Shown here: positions 25,739 to 35,249 of the stretch, in pieces
How the letters are laid out: each line of letters starts with the position of its first letter
Numbering within the stretch: the stretch's first letter is position 1
Origin: Chthoniobacteraceae bacterium
GTDB taxonomy: Bacteria; Verrucomicrobiota; Verrucomicrobiia; Chthoniobacterales; Chthoniobacteraceae
Assembly (NCBI GenBank): GCA_037190965.1
Contig: JBBCKI010000065.1
Coordinates: forward strand, 1-41,272
Length of the DNA stretch: 41,272 nucleotides
Reading direction: 5' to 3'
The notes under the pieces: model-generated
Databases searched by the model: none
Seen by the model: only the letters and a program-made list of their open reading frames with translations
What the model was told of the DNA's origin: nothing
Made by a program: the position numbers and the translations under genes

Positions 25739-26750
25739 ATCCGGCTGTCTCTCCGCCGCGCAGGCACTCTTCCAGACTCGGGATGCCATCGGAGGTTCCC
25801 GCCCCGCGCAGGCAGGCGGCAGCGGTGCAGACCCCATAGCGGAGGGCGCGCTCGATGGAGATCTCCTCGTGGAGTCCGTAGAGCAACCCGGCGGCAAAGG
25901 CATCTCCCGCGCCGACCGTGCTGACGATCGCTTCCTGAGGCACCACCACGCTGCCTTGAATCACCAGCCCGGCGTGATCGCGGCAGTCGCGCCCAAGAGC
26001 CGTCGCCCCTTCGGGGAAATGAACCACCACCCATTCACGGACGCCCGCTTCGAGCAACTTGCGCGAAGCGGCTTCCACGGCTCCGAGGTCAATCCGCCCG
26101 TCAGGCCGGGTCGTGATGCCGCTGGTGCGTTCCAGTTCGAATTCGTTGAGGATGGCGCAATCGACCTGACGGAGCGCGGGAAGAACGATCCCGGCGAAGC
26201 GCTGGCTGTCTTCGCTAACGACATCGAGAGTCGTCTTCAACCCCGCCTTCCGGGCATGATGCAGCACCCGCGCGGCGGCGGTGCCGAACTCGGCGTCAGG
26301 AAGATCGAGCCGGTCGAGCAGCAGCAGGTAGCCAAGATGAAAGATTTTCGCCCGGCTTCCGGTAAAGTCGAAAGCATCGCCGTCGAGAAACGCATTAGCC
26401 CCGCGTTGGTGGAAGAACGTGCGCCGTCCGGTCGATTGCACGGTCATCACATCGGTATACGAAGTATGCGCCTGGGGATGCACCCGCAATTGATTGCGCC
26501 CGACGCCATGCGCGTCGCACTGGCTTTCAATCCAACGCCCTTCGGCATCGTCACCCACCAGCCCGATTCCCTCCAACGGAAAGGGAGCGCCCATCCTGGC
26601 CAGATCGATCAGGATGTTGAAAGGGCTCCCCCCGTTGCCGATCGACTCGTCGAGAATATTGGCGAGCGCGTCCTGTTGTGGGTAGACATCGACACGTTTG
26701 AGCTTGTCGACGATCCAGTTTCCTCCCGCGAGAATTCCGTTGCGTTGCAT
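25725..26750 (-). CDS. PfkB family carbohydrate kinase
   Basis: GNGGSPFN, GLVGDDAEG, LNEFE, STVGAGDAFAAG. Confidence 0.92.
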   Translation of the reverse strand: MQRNGILAGGNWIVDKLKRVDVYPQQDALANILDESIGNGGSPFNILIDLARMGAPFPLEGIGLVGDDAEGRWIESQCDAHGVGRNQLRVHPQAHTSYTDVMTVQSTGRRTFFHQRGANAFLDGDAFDFTGSRAKIFHLGYLLLLDRLDLPDAEFGTAAARVLHHARKAGLKTTLDVVSEDSQRFAGIVLPALRQVDCAILNEFELERTSGITTRPDGRIDLGAVEAASRKLLEAGVREWVVVHFPEGATALGRDCRDHAGLVIQGSVVVPQEAIVSTVGAGDAFAAGLLYGLHEEISIERALRYGVCTAAACLRGAGTSDGIPSLEECLRGGETAGFRTL

Positions 26751-26752
26751 AT

Positions 26753-27337
26753 TCAGTTTAAGGCGGGAGCTTCGCTGACCAGGCGGAGAAGCGGCGTTTC
26801 ATCTTCTTCGATCCCCGGGTAACGGCCAACCTCGGGGTCGACAAAGAAGTTATCATTGAGGTCATCGTTGGCGGTGGAGACTTCCCCGATGATGCACTCG
26901 TCAGTGACCGGGTAAAACGCATGATAGATGCCCGGAACGAGGGTGATCCGCGAGCCTGCGGGGAGTTCGATGATCTCTCCCGGGGTGGCTTTGTAAGGCT
27001 GGTGGTTGACTGGAACCTCGAAGGGCGCGTTTCCCGCGTCGGAGCCGGGAAGCCCTCCCCAGACCTGCACGGCGAGTCTGCCCCAGCGGCAGATGATGTC
27101 TTCCTTCTTCTTGCGATGACAATGGGCAGGCGTCGTCATTCCACGCTGTGCGTACATCAGCTTTTCGCAGTACTCCGGCTCCTCCGCCAGATTCACCAGC
27201 ACCAACCCGAAACGCCGCCAGTCACCGAGACCGAAGTCGGTGAGATCCCATCGCGGTTGCGGTGGAAGAGCCCAGCCGTGATTGTGAAAACACTGTTGGG
27301 CCGAACGGATCAGGAAATTGATGTCGCTACGTTTCAT
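26753..27337 (-). CDS. D-lyxose/D-mannose family sugar isomerase (cupin)
   Basis: MKRSDIN, WDLTDFGLG, YCEKLM, TPAHCHRKKKEDII, GEVSTANDDLNDNFF. Confidence 0.9.
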   Translation of the reverse strand: MKRSDINFLIRSAQQCFHNHGWALPPQPRWDLTDFGLGDWRRFGLVLVNLAEEPEYCEKLMYAQRGMTTPAHCHRKKKEDIICRWGRLAVQVWGGLPGSDAGNAPFEVPVNHQPYKATPGEIIELPAGSRITLVPGIYHAFYPVTDECIIGEVSTANDDLNDNFFVDPEVGRYPGIEEDETPLLRLVSEAPALN

Positions 27338-27362
27338 GAGATGCGGTGAGGTAAGTTTGGAA

Positions 27363-28502
27363 TCAGACCAGGGCGATCGCCCGCTTTTCCTCATGTGAAC
27401 GGAGTGCCGCCTCGAAGAGTTCGTGGCTCTGCACGGCTTCCTCCGGCGTCACGCACCCGAAGCGGCCATTGAGTTCTCCCGCGCGTTCCGCGAGGAATGC
27501 GGCCCACATTTGCAGGAAGCAATCGGGGAAGCCCGGCTCGAAGATTCCCCCGGTGATGGTGGGGAAGGGGCCATGGAACCCGAGATCGGTCCGCTGCCAG
27601 AGTTGTTCCTTGCCGCGCTGGAACGTCCAGAGCGTCTTCGGCTCCTTGGTGCTGTAACGCACGCCGCCGTCGGTACCGAGAGCCTCGAAGAACCAGGTAT
27701 TCGTCTCGCCGGGTGCGAGCCGCTTCATTTCGAAACGGAGCGGGACTTCTCCCTGGGCGGTGTCGATCTCCGTGTGCAGCGTGGCGTTGTCCCAGGTGTC
27801 GCAAGCGGTCATGCCGCCTTTGCCGTCCGGGCGCTCGTGGTAGATTTTTTGCAACTGGGCATAGACCCGCTTCGGCTTCCAGCCAAGGCGGAAGGGAACA
27901 TGGACCGCGTGCATCCCGAGGTCGCCCATGACGCCGATTTCGCCGCAGGTGCGCACCTGCCGCTTCCAGTTGGCCGGTTTGGTCGGGTCGAGATCGCTGC
28001 TGTGATGAAACCCGGAGCGGATTTCGAGAAGCTTGCCCAGTTTCCCCTCGGCGGCGGTACGGGCCACCTCCCAGCCGCGCTGCGCGCCTGGCAGGAACGG
28101 GAACTCCGAACTGCACCGCACGAATTGCCCCGAGGCTTTCGCTGCCTCAGCAATGGTACGGGCGGCCTTCAGATCGATGCCGAAAGGCTTCTCCGCAAAG
28201 AGGTCTTTGCCCGCCTTGAGCACGTCGAGGTAGATCGCTTCATGCAGATGATGCGGCACGGCAACGTAGACGACATCGACGTCCGGAGACGCCAGCAATT
28301 CATGATGGCTGGCGGTGAGCAGGCCGACGCTCGGGATCTGCCGGAACCATTCGCGCTGGGGTTCGGCAAGATCGCAAACGGCGGTCAGTTCCGCTTTGAC
28401 GGGGAAGCGGTCGAGCACCATCCAGCGACCAAGGGCGCTGGCGACTTCGCGGCCCATCAGGCCGCCGCCAATGATTCCGATTCTGACAGGAGAATTGTTC
28501 AT
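27363..28502 (-). CDS. Gfo/Idh/MocA family NAD(P)-dependent oxidoreductase
   Basis: RIGIIGGGLMG, VYVAVPHHLH, AEKPFG, GVMGDLGMH. Confidence 0.9.
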   Translation of the reverse strand: MNNSPVRIGIIGGGLMGREVASALGRWMVLDRFPVKAELTAVCDLAEPQREWFRQIPSVGLLTASHHELLASPDVDVVYVAVPHHLHEAIYLDVLKAGKDLFAEKPFGIDLKAARTIAEAAKASGQFVRCSSEFPFLPGAQRGWEVARTAAEGKLGKLLEIRSGFHHSSDLDPTKPANWKRQVRTCGEIGVMGDLGMHAVHVPFRLGWKPKRVYAQLQKIYHERPDGKGGMTACDTWDNATLHTEIDTAQGEVPLRFEMKRLAPGETNTWFFEALGTDGGVRYSTKEPKTLWTFQRGKEQLWQRTDLGFHGPFPTITGGIFEPGFPDCFLQMWAAFLAERAGELNGRFGCVTPEEAVQSHELFEAALRSHEEKRAIALV

Positions 28503-28511
28503 CGTGAGTTT

Positions 28512-29342
28512 CTACTTGAGGAATTGCGCAGCCTGCGCGGCGGTGGCTCCGTCGTGGACGATTGCCATGAGCGCCTTGGTCATCCCGGCCGGGTTGCAAT
28601 GCTGGATCACGTTACGGCCATAAACGATGCCCGCCGCGCCCTGCCCGATAAGCGCTTCGGTGCGCTCCAGGATTTCCTGGTCGGGCGCTTTGCCGCCGCC
28701 GCGAACGAGCACCGGGATGCGCCCCGCGATCTCGACGACGTTGTGGTAAACGCTCACGTCATCCGTGGGGTCGGCCTTGATGATGTCCGCGCCAAGCTCC
28801 ACTGCCTGCCGCACCAGCGGGAGGATTTTCGCAAGATCGCCGTCCACCATGTAACCACCGGCCTTCGCGTTCGATTGGAAAACGAGCGGCTCGATCATCA
28901 GCGGCATGGCGTGACGGTCGCATTCCGGTTTGATCCGCAGGATGTTATCGATGCACTGCGCGGTGACTTCCGGCTCGTTGGGGATGAGGAAGAGATTGAC
29001 GACGACGCAGGTGGCATCCAGGCGCAAAGCCTGTTCCACCGGGTTCTCGATCATCTTGCTGAAGAGCGTGCGCGGGAGTTCCTTGCCATAGACATTGGCC
29101 ACATCGGTGCGGAGGACCAGCGAAGGCTTGTGCCGGCCGGGCAGACTCTGGAGCAGGGGGGCCTGGCCGACGGTAAGCTGGATGGCATCCGGAGCCGCCG
29201 CAACGAGCGTTCGCACCGCGGCATCGAGGTTTTCGATGCCCGCAAGGAAGCTGTGCTCATTAAAGAAGCCGTGGTCGATGGCGACATCGAAACAGCGCTG
29301 GGACTTGGGGTTGAAGAGTCGATTGAGGCGGTAGGTTTTCAT
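28512..29342 (-). CDS. Class I aldolase (DhnA/FbaB/LsrF family)
   Basis: ATG 29342; VAIDHG, PLMIEP, ELGADIIK (Schiff-base Lys), PVLVRGG, GIVYGRN. Confidence 0.9.
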   Translation of the reverse strand: MKTYRLNRLFNPKSQRCFDVAIDHGFFNEHSFLAGIENLDAAVRTLVAAAPDAIQLTVGQAPLLQSLPGRHKPSLVLRTDVANVYGKELPRTLFSKMIENPVEQALRLDATCVVVNLFLIPNEPEVTAQCIDNILRIKPECDRHAMPLMIEPLVFQSNAKAGGYMVDGDLAKILPLVRQAVELGADIIKADPTDDVSVYHNVVEIAGRIPVLVRGGGKAPDQEILERTEALIGQGAAGIVYGRNVIQHCNPAGMTKALMAIVHDGATAAQAAQFLK

Positions 29343-30115
29343 GAAAGTGGGCAGGCAATGATGTCGAGACCTTCTTCGCGGAGACGGGCGCAGGTCGGTT
29401 CGGGGAGGTCGCCGCTGGTGATCCAGGTGTTGAAGTCTTTCCACGCGGCAAAACGGACCAGCGCGCTCTCATTCCATTTGGAGCCGTCCGCGGCGAGCGT
29501 GCGGCGGCCTCCCGTTTTGGCGACGGCCTGGAGAACCGCCGTCTTGATCGTGGCTTCGCTCAACTCCGTCGTGGCCGCGCCGTCTGGCCCAAGACCGGAT
29601 GCGCCTAGAAAGGCGTGCCCAAGCCGCAGACGGGCCAGCCAATCGAGCGCGAGCAGGCCGGTGAGCGCCCCGCTGATAGGGCGTAGCTCGCCCCCAAGGG
29701 CCATGATGTCGGCTCCGGAACTGTACGCTTCATAAATAAGCGGCGCGGAATTGGTGACGACCTGCACGGAACTTCTCGCCAGCAGACGCCGTCCGATTTC
29801 CAGACAGGTGGTGCCGGAGTCCACAAACACCGTCGCCCCATCGGGCACGCTCTCCGCCGCCGTCTTCGCCATGACGCGCTTGGCCTCCACGGCCCGCCGG
29901 CTTTTGAGGGAAAACGACGGCTCACTCCGTAATGCCTGCGGATGGACGACACCGCCATGCACGCGCACCAGAAGCCCCGCCTTTTCCATCTCAGTCAAAT
30001 CGCGACGCAACGTCGCGGGAGAAACTTGGACGCAGGCCTGGATCTCCTGGACGGTCATTCGCTGTTCCCGCGAAACAAGCTCGGCGATGATCCGATGGCG
30101 TTCATGAGTGAACAT
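29339..30115 (-). CDS. DeoR/GlpR family transcriptional regulator
   Basis: ERHRIIAELV, VSPATLRRDL, RVHGG, VFVDSGTT, VVTNS, LAADGSKW. Confidence 0.95.
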   Translation of the reverse strand: MFTHERHRIIAELVSREQRMTVQEIQACVQVSPATLRRDLTEMEKAGLLVRVHGGVVHPQALRSEPSFSLKSRRAVEAKRVMAKTAAESVPDGATVFVDSGTTCLEIGRRLLARSSVQVVTNSAPLIYEAYSSGADIMALGGELRPISGALTGLLALDWLARLRLGHAFLGASGLGPDGAATTELSEATIKTAVLQAVAKTGGRRTLAADGSKWNESALVRFAAWKDFNTWITSGDLPEPTCARLREEGLDIIACPLS

Positions 30116-30121
30116 GGTTGT

Positions 30122-30150
30122 TTTGTATCGAATCGCTCACGCGGAGTCAA
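30122..30150 (-). promoter_or_regulatory. Putative sigma70 promoter of the DeoR-sugar operon (probably leaderless)
   Basis: Minus strand TTGACT-17 bp-TACAAA-6 nt-ATG. Confidence 0.55.
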
Positions 30151-30163
30151 TCGTCTTGAATTT

Positions 30164-30362
30164 GGTGCGGTAGCACCGGTAGCCCGCTCGCGCCGTCGAG
30201 CGCGGGTATCGGCTCCCGTGACTTCATGGGAGCCGCATCCCAGCACCAGCAGCCCGTCCCGGCGGGGATGAGTGTCAAACGCGTATCTTCGTCCTATCCC
30301 GCGCTCCCGGCGGGAGCGGGCTACCGATCCTCTAAAATCGGTCACTTTTCCGTCCTGAACCC
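30164..30362 (-). repeat. REP-doublet/MITE repeat, copy D (REP core 30178-30325)
   Basis: GGTGCGGTAGCACC-GGTAGCCCGCTCGCGCCGTCGAGCGCGGG...CCCGCGCTCCCGGCGGGAGCGGGCTACC; outer TIR GTCACTTTTCCGTCCTGAACCC at 30341-30362. Confidence 0.87.
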
Positions 30363-30466
30363 GTTGTTGAACCCCTAAAGAAGGATTGGGAAATTCCGGG
30401 GTTGCAGAAACGGCGTGAGATCGGAGAACATCGCGCCCGGCGTTTTATCCCGCGCCCTGTTTATTT

Positions 30467-31978
30467 ATGCATCCTCGGGTTCTTCAATTCACCAGTCTTC
30501 TTACCCTAAGCCTCTTTGCCGGTTGTGCTCTCGGTCCCAACTATCGACGGCCGGCTGTGGAGGCTCCGGCAAAGTTTCGCGGCCAGGGCGGCCCGACCAA
30601 TGAATCGCTCGCCTGTCTGCCGTGGTGGAAGGTGTTCAAGGATCCGGTGCTTCAGGAATTGATCGGCGAGGCGCTGAAAAACAACTACGACCTGAAGATC
30701 GCCATCAGCCGGATCGAGCAATCGCGCGCCCGGAAGGTGCAGGCGCGTGCCGCGTTTTTCCCGCAGCTCGGTTATTCCGGCGGGGCGGAGCGAGCCCGGA
30801 CAAGGGGGACGACGATCCCTGCCTCTTCCACCCCCGCCACGACGCTTGATATCGGCGGCACGGCGGTCACGATTCCCGGTTCGAGCACTCCGGAAATGGA
30901 TGTCGCCGGTCCGACGATCAACACCTTTACCATTCAGGGCGCGGCGTCGTGGGAGATCGACCTCTGGGGCCGTATCCGCCGCTCCAACGAGGTCGCGCTG
31001 GCCAACCTCCTTGCCACCGAAGAGGCGCGGAGCGGGGTGGTGCAGACCCTCGTCTCCGAAGTGGCTCGCGCCTATTTTGAATTGCGGGCGCTCGATGAAG
31101 AACTGGAAATTTCCCGGCAGGCGGTAGCCTCCTTCAGCCAGACGCTTGAACTCTTTACCAAGCAGCAGGCTGGCGGGGTTGCCTCCGATCTTGAGGTCTC
31201 GCGCGGCACCGCTTCGTTGGCCGCCGCAGCCTCCGCAATCCCGAAGATTGAGCAGCGGATTGTCGTTGCCGAGAACCGTTTGAGCATCCTGCTTGGGCGC
31301 AACCCTGGCCCCATCAAGCGCGGAAACTCGCTGCTCGGCCAGAGGACGCCGCCAAGCGTCCCGGCGGGTATCCCGTGCGACTTGCTGGAGCGCAGGCCCG
31401 ATCTGCGGCAGGCGGAGCAGAGGGTGGTTGCCGCGAACGCCGAGGTAGGCATTGCCATTACAAACTTCCTTCCCGCGGTCGACCTGACCGCAGGTGCCGG
31501 TGTCATCAGCCCCGCGCTCAGCAAGCTTACCAAGGGGACTTGGAGTGTGTGGAATGTCGGGGGCGGAATCAACGGGCCGATTTTCCAGGGGGGGCGTCTC
31601 GTCGGGATCTACAAGGAGACCAAGGCGCGCTGGCAGGAGACGGTATTCGACTATGAGCGAATCGCGCTAATCGCCTTCAGCGAAGTGGCCGACGCCTTGA
31701 GTTCACGCCAAAAATTCGCGCAGGCCCGGGTCCAGCAGGAAACGCAGGTCGACGCCCTCAAGCAATCGGTCAAGTTGGCCACGGACCGGTACACTATCGG
31801 CATTTCGACCTACTACGAGGTGCTTGAGGCGCAGCAGCAGCTTTTCCCGGCGGAAGTCTCCCTGGCGCAGACCCGGCTAAACCAATTGCTGGCCGTGGTC
31901 GATCTTTACAAGGCACTGGGCGGCGGCTGGATGGAGGAATGTGGGCCAAAGCCAAAGGCCAGGAGGGCGGCACGGTAA
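30467..31978 (+). CDS. Efflux outer membrane lipoprotein (NodT/OprM family OMF)
   Basis: Lipobox LFAGC, WWKVFKDPVL, WEIDLWGRIRR, LLERRPDLRQAE, LYKALGGGW. Confidence 0.95.
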   Translation: MHPRVLQFTSLLTLSLFAGCALGPNYRRPAVEAPAKFRGQGGPTNESLACLPWWKVFKDPVLQELIGEALKNNYDLKIAISRIEQSRARKVQARAAFFPQLGYSGGAERARTRGTTIPASSTPATTLDIGGTAVTIPGSSTPEMDVAGPTINTFTIQGAASWEIDLWGRIRRSNEVALANLLATEEARSGVVQTLVSEVARAYFELRALDEELEISRQAVASFSQTLELFTKQQAGGVASDLEVSRGTASLAAAASAIPKIEQRIVVAENRLSILLGRNPGPIKRGNSLLGQRTPPSVPAGIPCDLLERRPDLRQAEQRVVAANAEVGIAITNFLPAVDLTAGAGVISPALSKLTKGTWSVWNVGGGINGPIFQGGRLVGIYKETKARWQETVFDYERIALIAFSEVADALSSRQKFAQARVQQETQVDALKQSVKLATDRYTIGISTYYEVLEAQQQLFPAEVSLAQTRLNQLLAVVDLYKALGGGWMEECGPKPKARRAAR

Positions 31979-32095
31979 GAGAGTGTTGGTAAAGCTGGTA
32001 TAAAAAATGCTATAAATCCCTTGTTTGTAGAGGGGCTGATCCATGCTGAAAGGCCCCTTTTTTCACCCCCTCATCTCGTAAATCGACGTAAACAC

Positions 32096-32356
32096 GTGAA
32101 TGATTTGAAGATCTATATTGGCCGAAGCGGAGAGGTGACCGCGACCTACTCCATCGCTCAACTGATCGAGGCTATTGAGGAAGGTACCATCCTGCACAGC
32201 GATCAGGCCTGGTATAAGGGGCTTCCCGATTGGATGCCGGTGAGCGAGGCGATTCCGCCGATTTTACCGCTCGTTCCGGGTCGCCCAACGGTAGCCTCTG
32301 TCCGGGTGGTGGAAGAGAGGCGACCGGAGGGGGAGTTGCCCTCGCTTGCGTCTTAG
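32096..32356 (+). CDS. Small GYF_2 (DUF4339) domain protein
   Basis: IYIGRSGEVTATYSIAQL...GTILHSDQAWYKGLPDWMPVSE; GTG 32096 assumed as start. Confidence 0.7.
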   Translation: MNDLKIYIGRSGEVTATYSIAQLIEAIEEGTILHSDQAWYKGLPDWMPVSEAIPPILPLVPGRPTVASVRVVEERRPEGELPSLAS

Positions 32357-32424
32357 AGGATTTTAACTTACTTTGCGCGCTCTAAACCTTCACGGAATAC
32401 GATCCCAAGTCGAAGGGAGAAACG

Positions 32425-32874
32425 ATGAGCGAAGCACAATCGACACCGGATAACGCCGCAGGAAACGGACACGAAGACTGCGTCGTTGTTCAGGGAGGGG
32501 CGGTAGCCTATGCCCAGCAGATCCAGGCGGGACTTCACTGTCTGACCGCCGATGAACCAGTTTCACTGGGGGGAGGGGACACAGGGCCTTCGCCCTATCA
32601 ACTTTTGCTGGGAGCGCTGGGTTCCTGCACTTCAATCACGCTGACGATGTACGCGCAGCGCAAGGGGTGGCCCTTGGAAAATGTCACCGTGCGCCTCCGG
32701 CATTCCAAGAAAAATTCAGCGGAAGGAGTCGCCATCGACGTGATCGAGCGCGACATCGAACTTGCAGGTCCGTTGAGCGACGACCAAAAAAACCGTTTGC
32801 TCGGAATTGCCGGGAAGTGCCCCGTCCATCGCACTTTGCTCTCGACCGTCGAGATTACGACCGAGGGAGCCTGA
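32425..32874 (+). CDS. OsmC family protein (YhfA-like)
   Basis: [36 protein letters not shown]. Confidence 0.92.
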   Translation: MSEAQSTPDNAAGNGHEDCVVVQGGAVAYAQQIQAGLHCLTADEPVSLGGGDTGPSPYQLLLGALGSCTSITLTMYAQRKGWPLENVTVRLRHSKKNSAEGVAIDVIERDIELAGPLSDDQKNRLLGIAGKCPVHRTLLSTVEITTEGA

Positions 32875-32914
32875 TTATCGAGACCAGAAAGAATGCCCTG
32901 CTGGCTTCCCGTTC

Positions 32915-33126
32915 GGGTGCATGAGGTGGTGCGGTAGCACCGGTAGCCCGCTCGCGCCGTCGAGCGCGGGGTTCGACTTCGTGGCTTCATGAGAGCCACA
33001 TCCCAATACTGGAAGCCCGTCCTGCGGAATCGAGCCCAAACGCGATTATTCATCGATCCCGCGCTCTCGGCGAGAGCGGGCTACCCCGCACGATCCTCGA
33101 AATCGATACTTTTCCGCCATGCATCC
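32915..33126 (-). mobile_element. MITE-like element, copy E (REP core 32942-33085) with 9-bp flanking direct repeat
   Basis: Ends GGGTGCATG...CATGCATCC; flanks TTCCCGTTC (32906-32914) and TTCCCGTTT (33127-33135). Confidence 0.85.
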
Positions 33127-33204
33127 TTCCCGTTTCCGTTTTCCCCTTTAAACTCCCGCTCTGGCAAGGTAAGCGTTTGCACCCTCGGATTTTCCGTCAG
33201 CCCC

Positions 33205-33969
33205 ATGTCCCGCACCATCAAGCGCATCGTTCTCAAGTTTGGAACCGGTATTTTGACCCAGCCGGAGGCAAGCACGCTCGACCGTGGCCAGATCAAACGC
33301 CTCTCGTCGGAGGTCGCCGCCGTGGTACAGGGCGGGGTGGAGTGCATCCTTGTTTCCAGCGGCGCGGTCGGGGCGGGCCTGATGACACTCGGGCTTTCCG
33401 AGCGTCCCGGTGACCTCGCAGGGGTGCAGGCTTGCGCAGCCGTCGGGCAGTGCAAGTTGATGCAACTTTACGAGACGGAATTTGCCGAGCACGGCCTCCA
33501 TGTCGCGCAACTCCTCCTGACGCATGGTGACCTCGACAGCCGTATCCGGCGCGCCAATGCCACCAACACTCTGGATCGGCTTCTCTGCGACAGGCGGGTG
33601 GTGCCGGTGATCAACGAGAATGACTCCGTGGCGGTGGAAGAACTCCGGTTCGGGGATAACGACCGCCTCTCCGCTGAAGTGGCGATGCTGGCCGAAGCCG
33701 ACATGCTCATCCTTCTGACCACCGCCGATGGGCTTCTGAACGGATCGGAGGTCGTCCCCGAGGTGCGGGATATCGACGCCGTGCTGGAATACGCCCAGCC
33801 CACCAAGGGCAAGCTTAGCATGGGGGGCATGGCCTCCAAGTTGCAGGCCGTGAAGTCCGCAGTCGGGGTGGGAATTCTCACCGTGATCGCGAGCGGACGG
33901 CAGCCCGGCGTGATCGAAGCCATCCTTGCCGGAAAAAACGTCGGAACACGCTTCTATCCCACCGTCTGA
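33205..33969 (+). CDS. proB: Glutamate 5-kinase (short form, no PUA domain)
   Basis: RIVLKFGT, LVSSGAVGAG, AAVGQ, INENDSV, FGDNDRLS, GGMASKL. Confidence 0.96.
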   Translation: MSRTIKRIVLKFGTGILTQPEASTLDRGQIKRLSSEVAAVVQGGVECILVSSGAVGAGLMTLGLSERPGDLAGVQACAAVGQCKLMQLYETEFAEHGLHVAQLLLTHGDLDSRIRRANATNTLDRLLCDRRVVPVINENDSVAVEELRFGDNDRLSAEVAMLAEADMLILLTTADGLLNGSEVVPEVRDIDAVLEYAQPTKGKLSMGGMASKLQAVKSAVGVGILTVIASGRQPGVIEAILAGKNVGTRFYPTV

Positions 33970-35249
33970 TGGGCGATGGTTCCTTTATCGAGCTTATGGA
34001 CATCAAAGAACAAATTCACGATCTTGGCCGCCGCGCCCGCGCCGCTTCGCGCGAGCTGGCCCGGCTTTCCGCTGTCCAGAAGAACGCCGGGTTGCTGGCC
34101 ATGGCCGAGGAACTGCTCGCCTCGCAGGAGGAGCTTCTGACCGCCAACGCCAAGGATCTTGCCCGCGCCACCGGTCTCTCCGGCGCAATGATCGACCGGC
34201 TCACGCTCACCCCGAAGCGCATCGCCGCGATGGCTGAGGGGATCCGGCAGGTGGCCGCGCTCCCTGATCCCGTTGGGCAGAATATTTCCCAATGGAGCCG
34301 CCCCAACGGAATCCGGATCTCCAAAGTGCGGGTTCCCATCGGCGTCATCGGCATCATTTACGAATCCCGCCCCAACGTCACCAGCGACGCCGCCGTGCTT
34401 TGCACGAAGACCGGCAATGCCGCGATTCTGCGGGGGGGAAGCGAATCGATCGAGTCCAACCGTGCCATTGCCGCCGCACTCAGCCGGGGAGCCCTCCGTG
34501 CCGGATTGCCCGGCGACGCCATTCTCCTCGTGCCGACGACCGACCGCGAGGCCGTGAAGATCATGGCCGGGATGGACCAGTATATCGACATGATTGTCCC
34601 CCGGGGCGGTCATGCCTTGATCGAAGCCGTCGTCAGCGCCGCGCGGATGCCCGTCATCAAGCATTACCACGGGGTCTGCATGGTGTATGTCGACAAGGAG
34701 GCTGATCTCGCCATGGCGGAGAGCATCATTGTCAACGCCAAGACCCAGCGCCCCGGCGTCTGCAACGCCATCGAGACGATCCTCGTTCACAAGGAGGTCG
34801 CCGAGCGGTTTTTCGCCACCGCAGGCAAGACTCTTCTGGGTTGCGGGGTCGAGATTCGCGGCGACAGCGGCGTGTGCGCGATCCTGGGAGCAAACGCGAA
34901 GCCCGCGTCGGAGGAGGACTGGAGCACGGAGTTTCTCGATCTGATCCTTGCCGCGCGCATCGTGGAGAACGAAGACGACGCCATCGCTCATATCGAGCGG
35001 TATGGCTCGCACCACAGTGATTGTATCGTGACTGCCAACGGGCAGACGGCGGAGAAATTCCTGAACGAAGTCGATAGCGCCACCGTGTATTGGAACGCCA
35101 GCACCCGTTTCACCGACGGCGGCGAATTCGGCTTTGGAGCGGAGATCGGCATCAGCACCGATAAACTGCATGCCCGGGGCCCCATGGCTCTCGAGGAACT
35201 GACCACCTACAAGTATCAGATCCGCGGCGAGGGGCAGGTCAGAAGCTGA
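33969..35249 (+). CDS. proA: Glutamate-5-semialdehyde dehydrogenase
   Basis: VPIGVIGIIYESRPNVT, GVCNAIET, SHHSDCI, NASTRFTDGGEFGFGAEIGIST; alternative start ATG 33996. Confidence 0.97.
   Translation: MGDGSFIELMDIKEQIHDLGRRARAASRELARLSAVQKNAGLLAMAEELLASQEELLTANAKDLARATGLSGAMIDRLTLTPKRIAAMAEGIRQVAALPDPVGQNISQWSRPNGIRISKVRVPIGVIGIIYESRPNVTSDAAVLCTKTGNAAILRGGSESIESNRAIAAALSRGALRAGLPGDAILLVPTTDREAVKIMAGMDQYIDMIVPRGGHALIEAVVSAARMPVIKHYHGVCMVYVDKEADLAMAESIIVNAKTQRPGVCNAIETILVHKEVAERFFATAGKTLLGCGVEIRGDSGVCAILGANAKPASEEDWSTEFLDLILAARIVENEDDAIAHIERYGSHHSDCIVTANGQTAEKFLNEVDSATVYWNASTRFTDGGEFGFGAEIGISTDKLHARGPMALEELTTYKYQIRGEGQVRS

Noticed and set aside
27423..29735. 770-aa plus-strand ORF
   Set aside because: Antisense shadow of the oxidoreductase, aldolase and DeoR genes; stop-free antisense frames are common in GC-rich DNA and it has no recognisable motifs.
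32989..33204. N-terminal extension of proB in the ORF track
   Set aside because: Runs through repeat copy E; ProB homology begins at ATG 33205.
33205..33969. proB lacking the PUA domain as a possible pseudogene
   Set aside because: PUA-less glutamate 5-kinases are common, and the stop overlaps the proA start as in an intact operon.
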